Positions 12,940 to 25,210 of a DNA stretch of 64,000 bases are shown in pieces (position 1 is the first letter of the stretch; each line of letters begins with the position of its first letter). The stretch is from Ramazzottius varieornatus (Eukaryota > Animalia > Tardigrada). The position numbers were made by a program, and so were the translations under genes. The DNA is taken from the NCBI GenBank assembly GCA_001949185.1, contig BDGG01000011.1, forward strand, positions 62,001 to 126,000, written 5' to 3'. The notes beneath the pieces were generated by a model. The model was not told the origin of the DNA. It searched no databases and worked only from the letters and a program-made list of their open reading frames with translations.

Positions 12940-14276
12940 GAACACCGGTCATACGATGATTTGCGGATCTAAACCACACTTATTGTTTCATTAGAATATT
13001 TTTTCACTTTCTTACATAATAAATCGGTGCAATAAAACGTTTCATAATCACTTATATTCTCCGTGTCGTCCCAGCGAGGTGCGCACACCTGGCTCCATCT
13101 GCTGCGCAAGTCGCTCAGACCTCGGTCGGTTGCGCGTACATTTTCGGAAGTTGATTAGCCCTCAGACGATCAAGACAAATATTGCCCAGAGAGACACAGA
13201 AGCAAGAAAATCATTGAATCTCGCTCTACATGCGTAAGAAAACTTCGGAGCCTATAGATATCGTTGCGCGCCACAGTGAGCTTGTACTGTATTTCACGTC
13301 GTTCTTTTCTCACGTGCATCACAGTTTATTCACCGTAATAGTTATTCAGCTTTATAGCACGGTAATGTCAGGAATGTGGAAGCATGGTCTCAACCCTGAT
13401 TCGAGTAACAGCCGGAGGTAATCGAACACGCTTACGAACATCGATGACGTCACAACTTTACCAAAATTACATTGTTAAACCAGAACAGAACAGTAGGAAG
13501 AGAATAACATGGGAGATGTGATGCGGTGGGTTCTATCTATAGATTTTCGAGTCTTCTTCACCTTGCAACTTTTGGTTTCGGAAGCTTCTGTACTTGAGTG
13601 CGACGCTTAGAATAGAAATAAAGGCGGCATTTGGAAAAAAACCAAGTAAGACCGGAGATCTTGGATGAAAGACCACACTTATCCAGACAAACAAGAGGAA
13701 CAAGGAAGAAACGAGAAAGACAACCGGCTCATGGTGGGAGAAGCACCGGTAACATCTGCAGTCTGATGCAAAGCCACATCAAACCGTATCAAACAACCAA
13801 AACCTCTAGAGTCTCGATTGTTGAATAGTCCGGATTTTTATTTCCCATAAAACTGGTGTTGCTTTAGCTGTGTATGGATTTTGAGCTGAACAACTATTAC
13901 CGTAAATAAACTCTGCCTGCATGGTGCGCGCGGACGGGAGGTTTTCTTGCTCTGCACGAATGCACCAGTACTTGAGAAACACATCTGAACTAATGATCAG
14001 CTTTCGATATACAGAGTAGCGCCAGTGAAGTCCGTGGTGCTAAATAAGTTCTTTGATTTTGAATGTTTGTGCGAACGTTTCCCACAAAGGCTCAAGGTCT
14101 GTGGATGCACGAAAACATGGCAATTTAATGTTTCAACAAGCTAAGTTAGCCGATAGATAGAACAGTCACACTTTTCGGTGATCATCGTGAGTCCGTGACG
14201 AAGCATTGAAATCTGGTATTTAAGATTTGACTTTTCATTGCACCATAATGTGAATCTCCGCAAGTGTGCGTACTCA

Positions 14277-14555
14277 CAAGGGGATTATGCCTGTCCCCAC
14301 CTCCCGACGGTCAAACCGTCCCGCCTGGACGATAGACGAGAGTCTCTTCTATGATATGAGCCAGGGAGCTAAATCCCGCGATGATCCTGGAATAAACGAT
14401 AGAACTAGGAAGTGACGGACCTCAAATACTGCAGTGACGTAAGCTCTTTGATGGAAGTTNNNNNNNNNNNNNNNNNNNNNNNNNNNNNNNNNNNNNNNNN
14501 NNNNNNNNNGGGACGGTTTGACCGTCGGGAGGTGGGGACAGGCATAGTCCCCTTG
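14277..14555. mobile_element. Foldback/MITE, PIF-Harbinger-like, spanning an assembly gap; same family as 43012-43550
   Basis: About 45-bp TIRs (caaggggattatgcctgtccccacctcccgacggtcaaaccgtccc and its near-perfect reverse complement) with 3-bp TSD TCA on both sides. Internal cctggaataaac...gaagtga segment is shared with the 43012 element. Confidence 0.75.
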
Positions 14556-14607
14556 TCAGCTGGAAATCATTTTGGATCATTCTCCGAACTAGAGCAGTCT
14601 TCCCGCC

Positions 14608-15273
14608 ATGCTGTTTCTGCTAGTCGTTGGTAGTCTAGCTGCATGCGTATCGGCGTCCACCCGATGCGGTAGCATGAATTATGGATACAACGACTACTAT
14701 ACGGTTGCCCCGACTGCAACGCCAACAACGGTAACAGCCCCTACGGTCCTAACCACCGCAGCACCCAATGCCACATGTCCCGGCATTCCACCAATCGGAT
14801 GCCGCTTTCAGGCCTTGACTGATCCCTCAAGCGGAGCTGTACTCTTCTGCCTGCTAGTGTGCGACCAGCCCGTCACTTGGACAACCACCGCTGCAACCAC
14901 GACGACCCCCGTCACCACTACTGCAGCATCTGGTATCACCACCATTACCCCCAGTGTTGCCACCATCACGACGCTCAGTCCCGTCATAGTGGCAGCGCAA
15001 GCTCAGATTGCAAGATGCCTTGCGGACACCACGCAGTCCTTGCCCAGTGGATGTTTCTTCAACGGCAATGGGAATGTGTCACTGTTGACTTGTGGGATTA
15101 CGTGTCTTGGCGCGGATACCATCAGTCGATGTCAGAATGGCGCTGGTAGTAAGATTGATCTTTGTCTTTGTGGCCACGGGGCACCCAGTAGTGGTTGCAC
15201 GTACACTTTCGGCGGGACTACGTCCCCACTGACATGTCAGCAGAACTGTCGAGCGCCACCCTCCATGGGTTGA
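14608..15273 (+). CDS. Secreted Thr-rich (mucin-like) and Cys-rich protein carrying the same Cys4 module
   Basis: 221-aa intronless ORF with signal peptide MLFLLVVGSLAACVSA. TCPGIPPIGCRFQALTDPSSGAVLFCLLVCDQPV lies between Thr-rich linkers; two further GC...LTCxxxC units (PSGC, PSSGC) at the C-terminus. Confidence 0.85.
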   Translation: MLFLLVVGSLAACVSASTRCGSMNYGYNDYYTVAPTATPTTVTAPTVLTTAAPNATCPGIPPIGCRFQALTDPSSGAVLFCLLVCDQPVTWTTTAATTTTPVTTTAASGITTITPSVATITTLSPVIVAAQAQIARCLADTTQSLPSGCFFNGNGNVSLLTCGITCLGADTISRCQNGAGSKIDLCLCGHGAPSSGCTYTFGGTTSPLTCQQNCRAPPSMG

Positions 15274-15579
15274 ACAGATGGCTTTACGTTGTCATTAGAA
15301 TTTCATTACAGAATTCTGGTTGAAAGAAAGTAATGGCGCAACTAAAGAAAACGAAGTGTCCTCGAGCACTGACTAAATTTAACTGCAACTATACATGTAC
15401 AACACACATCCGACGTGTTTCAGTAGTCGAAAACACAAGAAAGAGCCTTTTCTGTCGAAATACGACAAAGTCTTCGGATTCTAGCTTGAATATGGACCAG
15501 CATGGTGTGATGATCTGCTCTCGCTGACCATCGTGCCGTGCTGGTCCATACCAGCAGATGCACTTCCTCCGGTTCTTGG

Positions 15580-16572
15580 GCTCGACGATCATTGAGATGA
15601 CCACAAAGACAGTACACGCGTGAAGAGAAATTATGAGCCAGCAAAAATAATGGACCAGGCCTTTTCGCTATGGCGGTACGGAAGCACGTACGTACGCGAC
15701 TAATTCACATGATTGTATTTTCCGACACTGTTCTACGGTTAAATTCCCATTTTACCGTCTTTCCGCCTGGTCCATAGTTTGAAGTGGCCCATAATTTCTC
15801 GTCGTGTGTGTAGAGTTCTTCCTGGCGATGGGAGGTGGTCGAAGAATCGACTATGGTCACTGCTCGGGTCGAGCAAAGCTGGCGCTGCTTTATACTGTAT
15901 TTTATATGGTGGCATTTGACAACGGGATCGAGGCGACCATGAAAATGTTGATAGTTGAGGAAATTGTCGATACTTTGGTTGTTGGTAACCGCAGCGTTCG
16001 CAGTAGTGTACGACATGTACGAGCGCCTGTTCCGTCTGCGTACGGTTCTTCGAGGTATACCAACTCTCGTTGCAGTGTCTGCGGACCATTCCCGTACATT
16101 CACTTTTGGAGGCAAGTCGAAAAGGGGAAATCCTGTACCGAAGTTCAGAGACAAAACGATACCGAAGTACCGGTTCGTTTATGGGCCGGCTGAGCACAGT
16201 GCCTGGCCCTATACTTCACTGGCATACGCCAATGTTCCTGGAGAAGCGCTATATGGCTGAGATGCGGAAGCCTCTCCCAAGCACAACCACCTACGGGTAA
16301 GTGCATTGGGATATTGCATCGTACAGAAAAGTCTTATTATTAATACGAAGTGATTTGATAACCCATGCATCGCTAAGACTGGTTGGTTGGGAAAACACTA
16401 CAGGCTTTCCTTCTTCATATACAGAAGACGAGGATTTCCATCAAAACTTAGTAGGGCCTCTCAAATCGGAAACCCATGGAGGGGAGACGTGGCGATCTAC
16501 TCCACGGGACCCTTTGCGCAATTAATGGTCGGGTCCCACGAGCAACATTACACCCCAGTCGCAATTAATTAA
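15580..16572 (+). pseudogene. Alkaline phosphatase pseudogene (C-terminal part)
   Basis: Fragments EMTTKTV, FFLAMGGGRRIDYGH, VSADHSRTFTFGG..RGNP, PYTSLAYANVPG, SETHGG[frameshift]DVAIYSTGPFAQLMVGSHEQHY match ALP motifs (GGRIDHGHH, TADHSH, ETHGGEDV). Stops and frameshifts are present. Confidence 0.82.
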
Positions 16573-17565
16573 GCAGTATGTTATCGCTCCCAGGAATCTG
16601 CTCACTGTAATTCACACCCGGTCACTTCGATATCTCTTCCGTTGTCTCAGACTCAGTTATAAGCTCGTAAGGCCTGTCAGACCAGATGACGGTTGTTCTA
16701 TCTATGCAAAGAAGGAATACTGGGGCGTTGTGAAACAGTCTTACTGGAGAAATTTCACCTAGGATGGATTTTGATTTCGCTGAAGCTGTTGCTGTCGCAT
16801 GAAGTCTAGAACATAATTTTAACAGAATACTTTTCCTTATTTCTTGTCGACGGCTCATTGTCACGTTCGACATGTCAAAGAATTCCAGTTTACTAACGAT
16901 TAGAAATGGAGAAAAAGGCGATGGTTCTTTTAGATCTTCGATCCACACGGCCAAGCTGAGCAGAAGGTTCTCGTATTCCGAGTAATCTCAACCTATCAAT
17001 GTTGATCCAGAGTCTCAGCGGAGACATTCAATACTAAGTCGCCGTGTGATGTTTGGATACTGCTTATAATTGACTTGAGAGACACTGAGCTGGTCCCATT
17101 CTGCGCAGCTGTCAACTTCTGTCAATACCCTGACATATCCCGTTGAATGTTAGGCTGCGTTTCGTAAGTCAAAAACCCTAGCTAATAACCAGCTTTTTCA
17201 CACGTGACTGGCGACGACACGGACGGGATAGGTGCTGGGTTAACGGTTAACTCGCATAAAAAAGGCTAGTTAATGGTTAACCCGATTCAATCAAGCCCGC
17301 TGAAATCACAGTGAAATTTGATTGTCCAAGCTCGTCTTTTTCAAGCATCTTTCTTATGTTCGTTCTTGGCCGTGACGTCATCAGTCACGTGTCGGGTTGT
17401 TAACTACGGTTGACTTACGAAACGAAGCCTTAGGCTCATGAATCACACTGAGCCATGACCGAAGTCAAAAAATAGGGGCAATATCTATCTCTTCTCTATT
17501 GTGACAGCTCTTCGCAATTTCACGGACTCAAACTTGACAAGACTCAGCATGCTGACAGTCTCACG

Positions 17566-19288
17566 ATGGTATCCTTTCATCGTTTGGCAGCACCTTTACT
17601 CGCCGTCCTCCGCTTTGGCGGATTATACTTCCGCTTGGCCCACAGCTGTCCAACCGAAAACTCTAATCATGTCAATTCCTTAGCCGAAGAACCAGAACAC
17701 CTTCCCACATTCACTCAACGTATTCAAGGGTTGATCTTCTTATCCTGTCTACGAGGTAACCGACCTGCTGATGCGTTGAGTTTCATCTTTTCTATCGTAT
17801 GCATGCTGACTGCCGCCACGGATAACTTCCGCCTTTTGTACGCATTCTACGCGTTATGGCGAGCCGGTCAGTTATCTTCCCTGGCCTTCTACGTGGACAA
17901 TTTGGTCACCGTCGCTTGGACGTTCCAGTGTTTGACCATCCACTGTTCCATGATGTACATGTGTTACACCGACAAGTTCACTCAGTTGTTCCGATCATGG
18001 GAGGAACTCAACAGTAACGATGAGGAAGCTACTGCGTTACTTCAGACTATGGTCGCGAATAAACGCCAGCCTGAGCACACACGACACTTCCTGCGGAAAC
18101 AGAAATGTCTGCTATTCTTTGCGTTCTTCGCTCTACTGGTCAATATGTACTCCTTGATTGGTCCCTTGGTTATCAACGCGGATGTGTATTCCGAGTTTCG
18201 CAACTACGTCATGTTTCCCTTTCTGCCGGAAAATCTCGTGGTTAAAACGCTGATTACGGCAGCGTTTACTGTGCGGTCTTTTGACTACGTCTTCTCGGCT
18301 GTCCTGTTTTTGATGTTGTCGGATGCATTGGTACTTCAGTTCGGTCAGTTCTTCCATAACCTGGCTGTGGAGATTACGGCGGAAGGAAGACTGGTCGATG
18401 CGACGGTGCTGGAAGCTCACCGGTTGAAACATGTGAAATTGTGCGGACTGGTCAAAAAGGTGGACGAAATATTCTCATTATATGTTCTCGTTGGACTGGT
18501 GTCCGGGATGCTTGGCATACTTGCCCAGGTCTACGTCGTGTATGACTTCTTGCGGCTGGGGACGATGGGAACTGCGGCGGTGTTGAGTTATGTGTACTGG
18601 AGTTTGTTGAACATGCTGCAAGTTTTGGTGATTTTATGGTGCGGATCGAAAGTCAAAATAGCGGTAAGGAACGATATCTCGTTTAAAGATGATTATCATC
18701 CATGCGTTATCGGATCTGTAAAATATGCTTTCAACAAAAATTTTCCAGATTATTTGATTTTCAAATTTTCTAGTTTGCGTCTGTGTTATGGTTTGAATAC
18801 TTCTGCAGTTTTCCGGGCTCCAATGCTTGCACGAAATTTGTGTCGAATTTTGCCCGGTGATATTGATTTGTGCTTGCTTGCAGACCGTATTTCCCATGAG
18901 TAGGCTCTTCGGTATCGATCAACGAACGTTAAGTATTAAAGAATCGCAAAGTGTCACTGTCTTCCTGCATAAGTTGTGCAATTCCCGGACGGGCTTCACT
19001 GCATTGGGGATCTTCACTATTGACAAAGCGACGATATTATCGGTAAGCTATGTTTCTTTGTTTACATGAGAAACATACCACGAAGTTGCTCCATACATAT
19101 GTATAATGGAACCTTTTGTCTAGTTGGCGGGATTCTACTTTACATGTCAGATCCTACTCTTCCAGATGCGCAACGATTCATCACTCGACACAGCCTTGAA
19201 TGCAGCAGTTATCCCAACGGATATTGTCATCGGTCTTCGTAACTTCCTCAATAACACGCTGTCAGCTCGAACCATCCATAAAACGTGA
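17566..19288 (+). CDS. Gustatory receptor / GR-like (7tm_7) chemoreceptor, 3 exons (17566-18663, about 18884-19042, about 19124-19288)
   Basis: Several hydrophobic helices; HRLKHVKLCGLVKKVDEIFS; C-terminal GR signature GFTALGIFTIDKATILS|LAGFYFTCQILLFQM split by a phase-0 intron typical of the family. Confidence 0.85.
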
Positions 19289-19461
19289 CCCAGACACGCC
19301 CAACGTACATACTGTACGTGCTTTTCGGACACCTTGGGCTTTCCAGGTTGTTACCGGAAAAAATATGAGATGTTTTCGTATACAATGAGTACCTTTAGGA
19401 AGGTAGCGAATTGTTTCAAACCATATATATACTTTCACGTACGCAGCACGGCTGCAGCATA

Positions 19462-20170
19462 TAGCCCGTTCGGGCCGCACCTCTACCACTTGAAAAATAG
19501 CCCTTCAGACAATCAACAATGTTTCGAGCTGACTCCATAAAATCATAGTGCGTTCCACATCAGTAAGAGACAACTCGGGAAAAACCGAAAGTTTGACTTC
19601 CGGTAGGGAAGACGTTGTGCCTAGGAGAAACAATTATCTCACATGCCCCATATCTAAGCAGCAACTTCCAACTTCAATTAGAACTGTAAAACTATTTGGT
19701 TCATCATATAAAACCGAAAACGACGACGAAAAAGTCGAGCTGATTTACAAAATAAACTTGAAATTTGGCCGTTTTGCCGGGAAACCCCTTCCACGCCACA
19801 AATCATAACTTCTGATTCCGGCGGTATACTTCAGCTTTTAAGCATGTCACAGGTAGCCTGGTAGCATGTCGCAGGTATTGTTCTATTTATTTCAACTGTT
19901 AACAGCACAGAAAAAGCAGACAAACTCAAGAAATCGATTTTTGAAAAATGCCTAAGAATGTGCGAAAGTTGTCGTCTTTTTCGATGGTCTTTCGTTGTGA
20001 CAAAAATTCGTCATGCGGCCGTGCCTCGTACAGTTTGCCAAATTTTGTTCTTGATTATGATAGGCCATTGTTTTTTCTATCTACGGATGCTATGTTTGAC
20101 GCGAAAAAGTCTTGATGGAGAGAGCTCTGATTTTCAGAAGGTGGTGGCGATGTGGCCCTAACGGGCTTGT
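19462..20170. mobile_element. Degenerate non-autonomous TIR element, related to 29369-30108
   Basis: Imperfect TIRs (tagcccgttcgggccgcacctctaccac / gtggtggcgatgtggccctaacgggcttg). Internal segment aatttggccgttttgccgggaaacccctt resembles 29715-29750. Confidence 0.5.
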
Positions 20171-21182
20171 AGTTTCCTTTGTTGAGGTCATGGTTAGATA
20201 ACGAATCGGAATGGATCCACGGCAGATGCAATGAAAGGCACTTTAGAGTTTAATTTGAAAATTGACCGATACAATAAAAACTGTATAGCTTCCTCAGTTG
20301 TTATTTTCGGTGTCACGCACGAGGCACCCAAGCGTCTTCCAAACATAATGACCGGGGCACCTCAGGCACATTTTTGGATTTCTGCGTGAAAGAAATCAGA
20401 GGAACAGCTGGTCGGGTTCAGGTTGCTTCCGTGACACCATTAGACCAGCTATGTTGTGATAATACAGTCGGGTCGTGGTATTCAGATCCACAGCCTTGGA
20501 ACCACCGAAAGTAATAACATGCGCGAAATAGGAGATGAACGTACCGATTAGACTATACCTAGCTATTCATTTATGACCTTCGCCGTCGGTATGCCATTAA
20601 AATCTGATAATTTTCCTTGAAGACTGCTGAATAAATATGGTAGACAGCAGACAAACACTTCGATCATATTCTCGCAAAATAGGTGCTCTCTAGCTCTTCA
20701 GCTTCAGAAAACCGCAGTGCGATAATAAGTTTCCACAATGTTGTACGGCTCGAACTTCAAAAGATTTGTTCAGCATTGCTTATGTGATTCGTTGTTGATT
20801 GGGACAGACAATGTTATCTGAGCGTTGCCGGAAGTAGGATTTGCAGAATGGTCAGAATGTTATCCGATTGAGTTTGTCGTTTGATTCTCGCTTATGGTTG
20901 ATTGTTATAGCATTCACGCAGTTAGCACTGCATTTACATTCCTGTCCGTGGTTTTAAGCGGCGGAAACTTGCTTTGGTAGCCACAAGCCTGTCAATAGTA
21001 ATAACTTATGAAAATCTGGAAAATACTTCGGAGAAAGTGCACGAGAATCTGAAAAACTAAGCTACAAAATGCCAACGGCACAGGGCCAGAAAACGCGAGA
21101 CAAAATTAAGTAGATAACAATTACAAACAACAAAAGCTCCAGAAAAGGAGCGAATAAGATTAGCATAAAACATCAACAGGTA

Positions 21183-21388
21183 CTTTAAAGTGCCAATGAA
21201 GTGGGACAAGATTGGTCCGAGTCCGCGTAAAGAATCTCCCCGGTACGCGCCGTTTTGGTTGTTATGTGTCATGTCATAGCGATCAGCTGATCGATACACA
21301 CGTTGACCAGATATTTCACCCACCATCCGCGCGGTCTTTTTACACGCACCCGGATTCACACCTGTCCCACATGATTGGCACTTTAAAG
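21183..21388. mobile_element. Tc1/mariner-type MITE (206 bp)
   Basis: TIRs ctttaaagtgccaat(g/c)a(a/t)gtgggaca, flanked by TA on both sides. Confidence 0.8.
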
Positions 21389-21490
21389 TAATCGGCCACG
21401 GAGACCGCAAAGACGGTCCAAATTATTTACACTGAGGAAACTGCAAAGATAACGAGGAATCTTGAGTCAAGAGCTCAAGTGATAACAGGT

Positions 21491-22235
21491 TCAAAAGATG
21501 TAAGACAGTTGAAACGAAATAAAAACAAATTTGGCTGAATTCCGGATTGGTTCTTTGGTTTCCGGTTCGGGTTCCGGTTCAGGATTTCTCATATTTATCT
21601 TTAGATACCAATTCTTATCTTTCCACGCTGATTTCTTGGAGTACGTCCGGACGAATGCTATGGCCTTTGCTCGACTGCCGCTCCTGCCTGCTTCTGCCTT
21701 GATGAGGAACTTCTTGGTTTTCTTTGCTGGTAGACAGATTTCGTCATTTTCGCATTCTTCGCCTTCCAGGGTTGGGACATCATCTTCGTCCAACGCCGTG
21801 GCTTCTGCCTCGAAGCAGTTCTCCAGGTGCTTGACCAGAAGATTCCTTCGCTCTTCGGGCAGGTCTGAGTAACTCTTCCGCTGCTGGCCGGTCATGAGGT
21901 TCGTCATGGTGGTATTGACGTAGTTTACGAAGTCTGTCTTGGGAATAGCTCCCCGGTCTATGAGGAACTCATCTTTCAGGAAAACTGGAAAACAAACAGC
22001 AAGGTGAGAGATTGTAGGGCTTCCATTGTCTACCAGGAAGAGAGAGGCCTTAGTGAAAGACAATGGCCAGCAGATGGGAAGTGGTCGAGAGTGANNNNNN
22101 NNNNNNNNNNNNNNNNNNNNNNNNNNNNNNNNNNNNNNNNNNNNGCCGCTCTCTTCAGCCTCTCCCTCACAGTATCTGGTTTCGGATCATCAACAACGGT
22201 GAATCTTTTGGGTGTCATCTTCGCACAGATGATCT
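21491..22235 (-). CDS. Unidentified protein fragment interrupted by an assembly gap (host gene or transposon-encoded)
   Basis: At least 190 aa open frame with protein-like composition (acidic then basic patch, PEPEPEP). Coding-like sequence continues on the far side of the N gap (MTPKRFTVVDDPKPD). No family recognised. Confidence 0.4.
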
Positions 22236-23476
22236 GAGGGAGGAAAAGGAAGCAGTTTAAAACGAAGGTAATTCACCTAATGAAGGCTACAAACAGGAGT
22301 ATCAATCAAACGTAAGCGTGCGACTTAGCCAATCAACCTGATAACAGCAAAGGACAATCAAACGAAGGCCAACTGACGGATACCTGACGTAAGCCGATAC
22401 GTCGTGGTACATTGATACGTTATTGCGGTGGGGCGTGACTAAGAACCCCAAGGCTGAATGCTGATTGGGTGCTTTAGTGGTGAATCCTGTGCGCCAGGCA
22501 AACAAATCCTCCGTGATGACGTCACACGTTTCACGTGACTGATAGCAATCACTAATCAAACCTTTCGAAATGCTGAAACGAATAATCCTGCAGGAATAGA
22601 GGCTCAATCCCTGAGAAATGCTCAACCAACGTGAATCCTTTTTCACCTCGTGCTCAGCATTCCTCGGGGATTCCGAGCATCCATTTGGAGATTGCCGTCG
22701 ACCCCATAACCCATGGGGCGCATGCAGCTTTAGATCTCCAACAACACTAGAGCCCTGCAACATGCAGCACGTTCTGCACTGCATATTTTACTGCAATCCA
22801 GTGCAGTTGCAGTCGCCAGTTCAAGTCTTATGTGAAGTTGTGGTGAAGAAGTCTGGTATAAGACAAACCCGTTGAGATTATTAAAATCATTTGCGGCGTA
22901 AAGCTGGACCGTAAGCAACATAACACAAATCTAAACCTGCGGTGTAGCTCGAACCGGCAGTTGAACAATCGCATTGTGTGTGGTGCCACCCTATACCACA
23001 GCTATTTTTGGGGTGGCCCACTCCATAAACCCAAAATGATGTGGCCCACTCGATAACCTCTCCCTCGTATCGCTAAGGCATCTAAGAGGTAAAAGAACTG
23101 AGATTCGACCGTAACATCGGATTCCACAGAGTTCACGGTAAATTAGGAACACTTTTGCTTCTTATCGGTGCGTTGTTTACGATTACTCAGCAAAACTGTA
23201 CGATTCAGTTTTGCTGAGTGAGTCACTCGGAAAGGCGACAGCAGCGCCTCTTGTGGCCTCTCTACTATTTTATGCTCAGGCTTTTCAACATGGAATGCGA
23301 TCATTTTCCAGATCGGGCATCTCATCTTGAGCATCTGAATTTTTCTCTGCTAATAACCTGTGCACAGACATACAAAAAGATATTCTCTAGCGTTTCATCG
23401 GAAAACTTTACGGAAATAGTGGATAGTTAGCGAAAAAACTGACTCGCCCACTCCATAACTCCAAAGTGGTGTGGCC

Positions 23477-24148
23477 CAACACACAATCATCTGTCTTGAC
23501 CGCTGGCTCGGCTTCGTCGCCCCAATCTGCTACCGCCAACGGAAGACTGTCAAAAGCGGAGTCATTTCTACCTTTTTTGCGGTTGTCTTCACCCATGTCT
23601 GGTTGCTGCCTCTGTACATTGCCGATGTTCAACATGCGAAACCACCAAGAAGCTACTGTGACAGTATCGAAATATGGCCGGTTCATCGCACTATAGTTCG
23701 CATCACCACGGCGTTCATACTACAAGTCATCACTTATTTCTCGTACCCGCTTTTGATGTACTTGATTTGGCGTCACCGTCAGAAGATCATGACGATTCAA
23801 GCCATTAAAAACGAGCCGGAAGGGACCACCAACCAAAGTGCGGCAACGCTATATGGACGGTGCAGAACGACGACCCTTGCGAGTGCCAAGAAACCTGCTG
23901 TGAGGAGAAAGAGGACGCGGCTGGTTCTGTGGCTGATCTTCACGCAATTCATCCTGTGGGCACCTACCAATGTGACCAGTGTACTTCTGGGAAGTGTCAC
24001 GTTACGCTACTTGCAAGACGCAAATTCGATCAGCCACTGTTTGGGTGGCTTCGTGCTGATTGCCGATGCGATCATCATACTGCATTTTTTACCTGAATTG
24101 CGAAGTCTGATGCTGGTTCATGTGCGGGAAAAATGCCGCTTGTGGTGA
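23477..24148 (+). pseudogene. 5'-truncated class A (rhodopsin-like) GPCR, TM3-TM7
   Basis: QHTIICLDRW (DRY-equivalent), TM4 VWLLP, TM5 YP, TM6 FILWAP, TM7 ADAIIIL..PELR. TM1-2 are absent, and the coding sequence begins at a segment (cccactccataa...gtggccca) repeated at about 23017-23050. Confidence 0.7.
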
Positions 24149-24569
24149 CGGTTGGCACCTCGGACTGGATTTTGTGTGGCCTAAAAGGATCCGCTAAAAT
24201 TTTTGTTTGTTAGACGTATACCATTAGAATATCGAAGGGCCTTTTGTGTCAGGACTATTGAAGGACAGACAACAAGAAGAAATATTTTTTGAGACCTTGT
24301 GTCTTCTTGAACCCAATCGACTTCATCAAAGAGCACTTCACGGTCGCTGCACCTGGTGTTCTGATTGAGCAAGATATCAAGATACAGCCGGCGAAAGCCG
24401 GTTCGCACAAATCCATAGCCAAAGCTCTAGAAGCTACTACTTTTTAAAACAGTAAAAGGGACTTTAGTGCTGTGCGGTTCTAAGTGTCGGAGTTTGTTTA
24501 CCCGCACATGAAGATCTTCATGCACCGCAGGAGAGAATAATAAATTGATGATTCTGTCTCGTCATACAG

Positions 24570-25210
24570 TACAGCTGCTTCCCTTCGGGAAGGCGGTTTT
24601 ACCCGATGGTTATCAAACCCTTGCCGCCAAGGCAAAGCGGGACATACTATGGAGTCACATCCAGAACATCACCTACGACATGGACCACCAGCCCACCGAA
24701 CCATACAACATGGCCAACGCCACCAAGATAATTGTCACCAATCTTCCTTGTGCAGGCCTTCATGCGCACCTCAGATGAGATGCCGACAAGGCGCCCTCGA
24801 GTGGTCCACACATACGGGACAGTCTGCAAGGTCGAACTGATTATCTATCCGAACTCAAGTTACACTGGGATATTCCAGTCGGGCGGGATCGGCCTGGCTC
24901 GATTGTCCATGGCCAAGCTAACGCGCAAGAGTTTCATCCAGGGTTTAGCTTTGAAAATATTCATTGACGGGAATCCTTCACAAAATTTGCACGTGCTCAG
25001 TAGTCCCGACGGACAGTATCCTGATAGAAACTACTTCGCCAAATCAGCAATTTTGCGAAGTTTCCGAAATATTATCCCTCAAGCCACAAGCGAGGATCCT
25101 GGAACGGTCGCTGCAGCGACGGCGTTCGCCGCTTCACTGAACAAGTTACCAGGGAAGATAGAAGACAATCCGGAAAGCGTTAACGTTGTGACTCTTGTCG
25201 ACTTGCGACT
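24570..25210 (+). pseudogene. Catalase-fold (catalase-like heme protein) gene relic, frameshifted and 3'-truncated
   Basis: RVVHTYG (cf. catalase RVVHAKG with the distal His), ARLS (cf. VRFS), GLALKIF (cf. GFAVKF), then N. There is a +1 frameshift near 24732, and similarity is lost after about 25200. Confidence 0.65.

Noticed and set aside
16622-16954. 110-aa minus-strand ORF
   Set aside because: No recognisable motif or exon chain.
18664-18903. C-terminal 79 aa of the 445-aa ORF in the track
   Set aside because: Read-through into an intron (gtaagg at 18664); the true GR C-terminus is in downstream exons.
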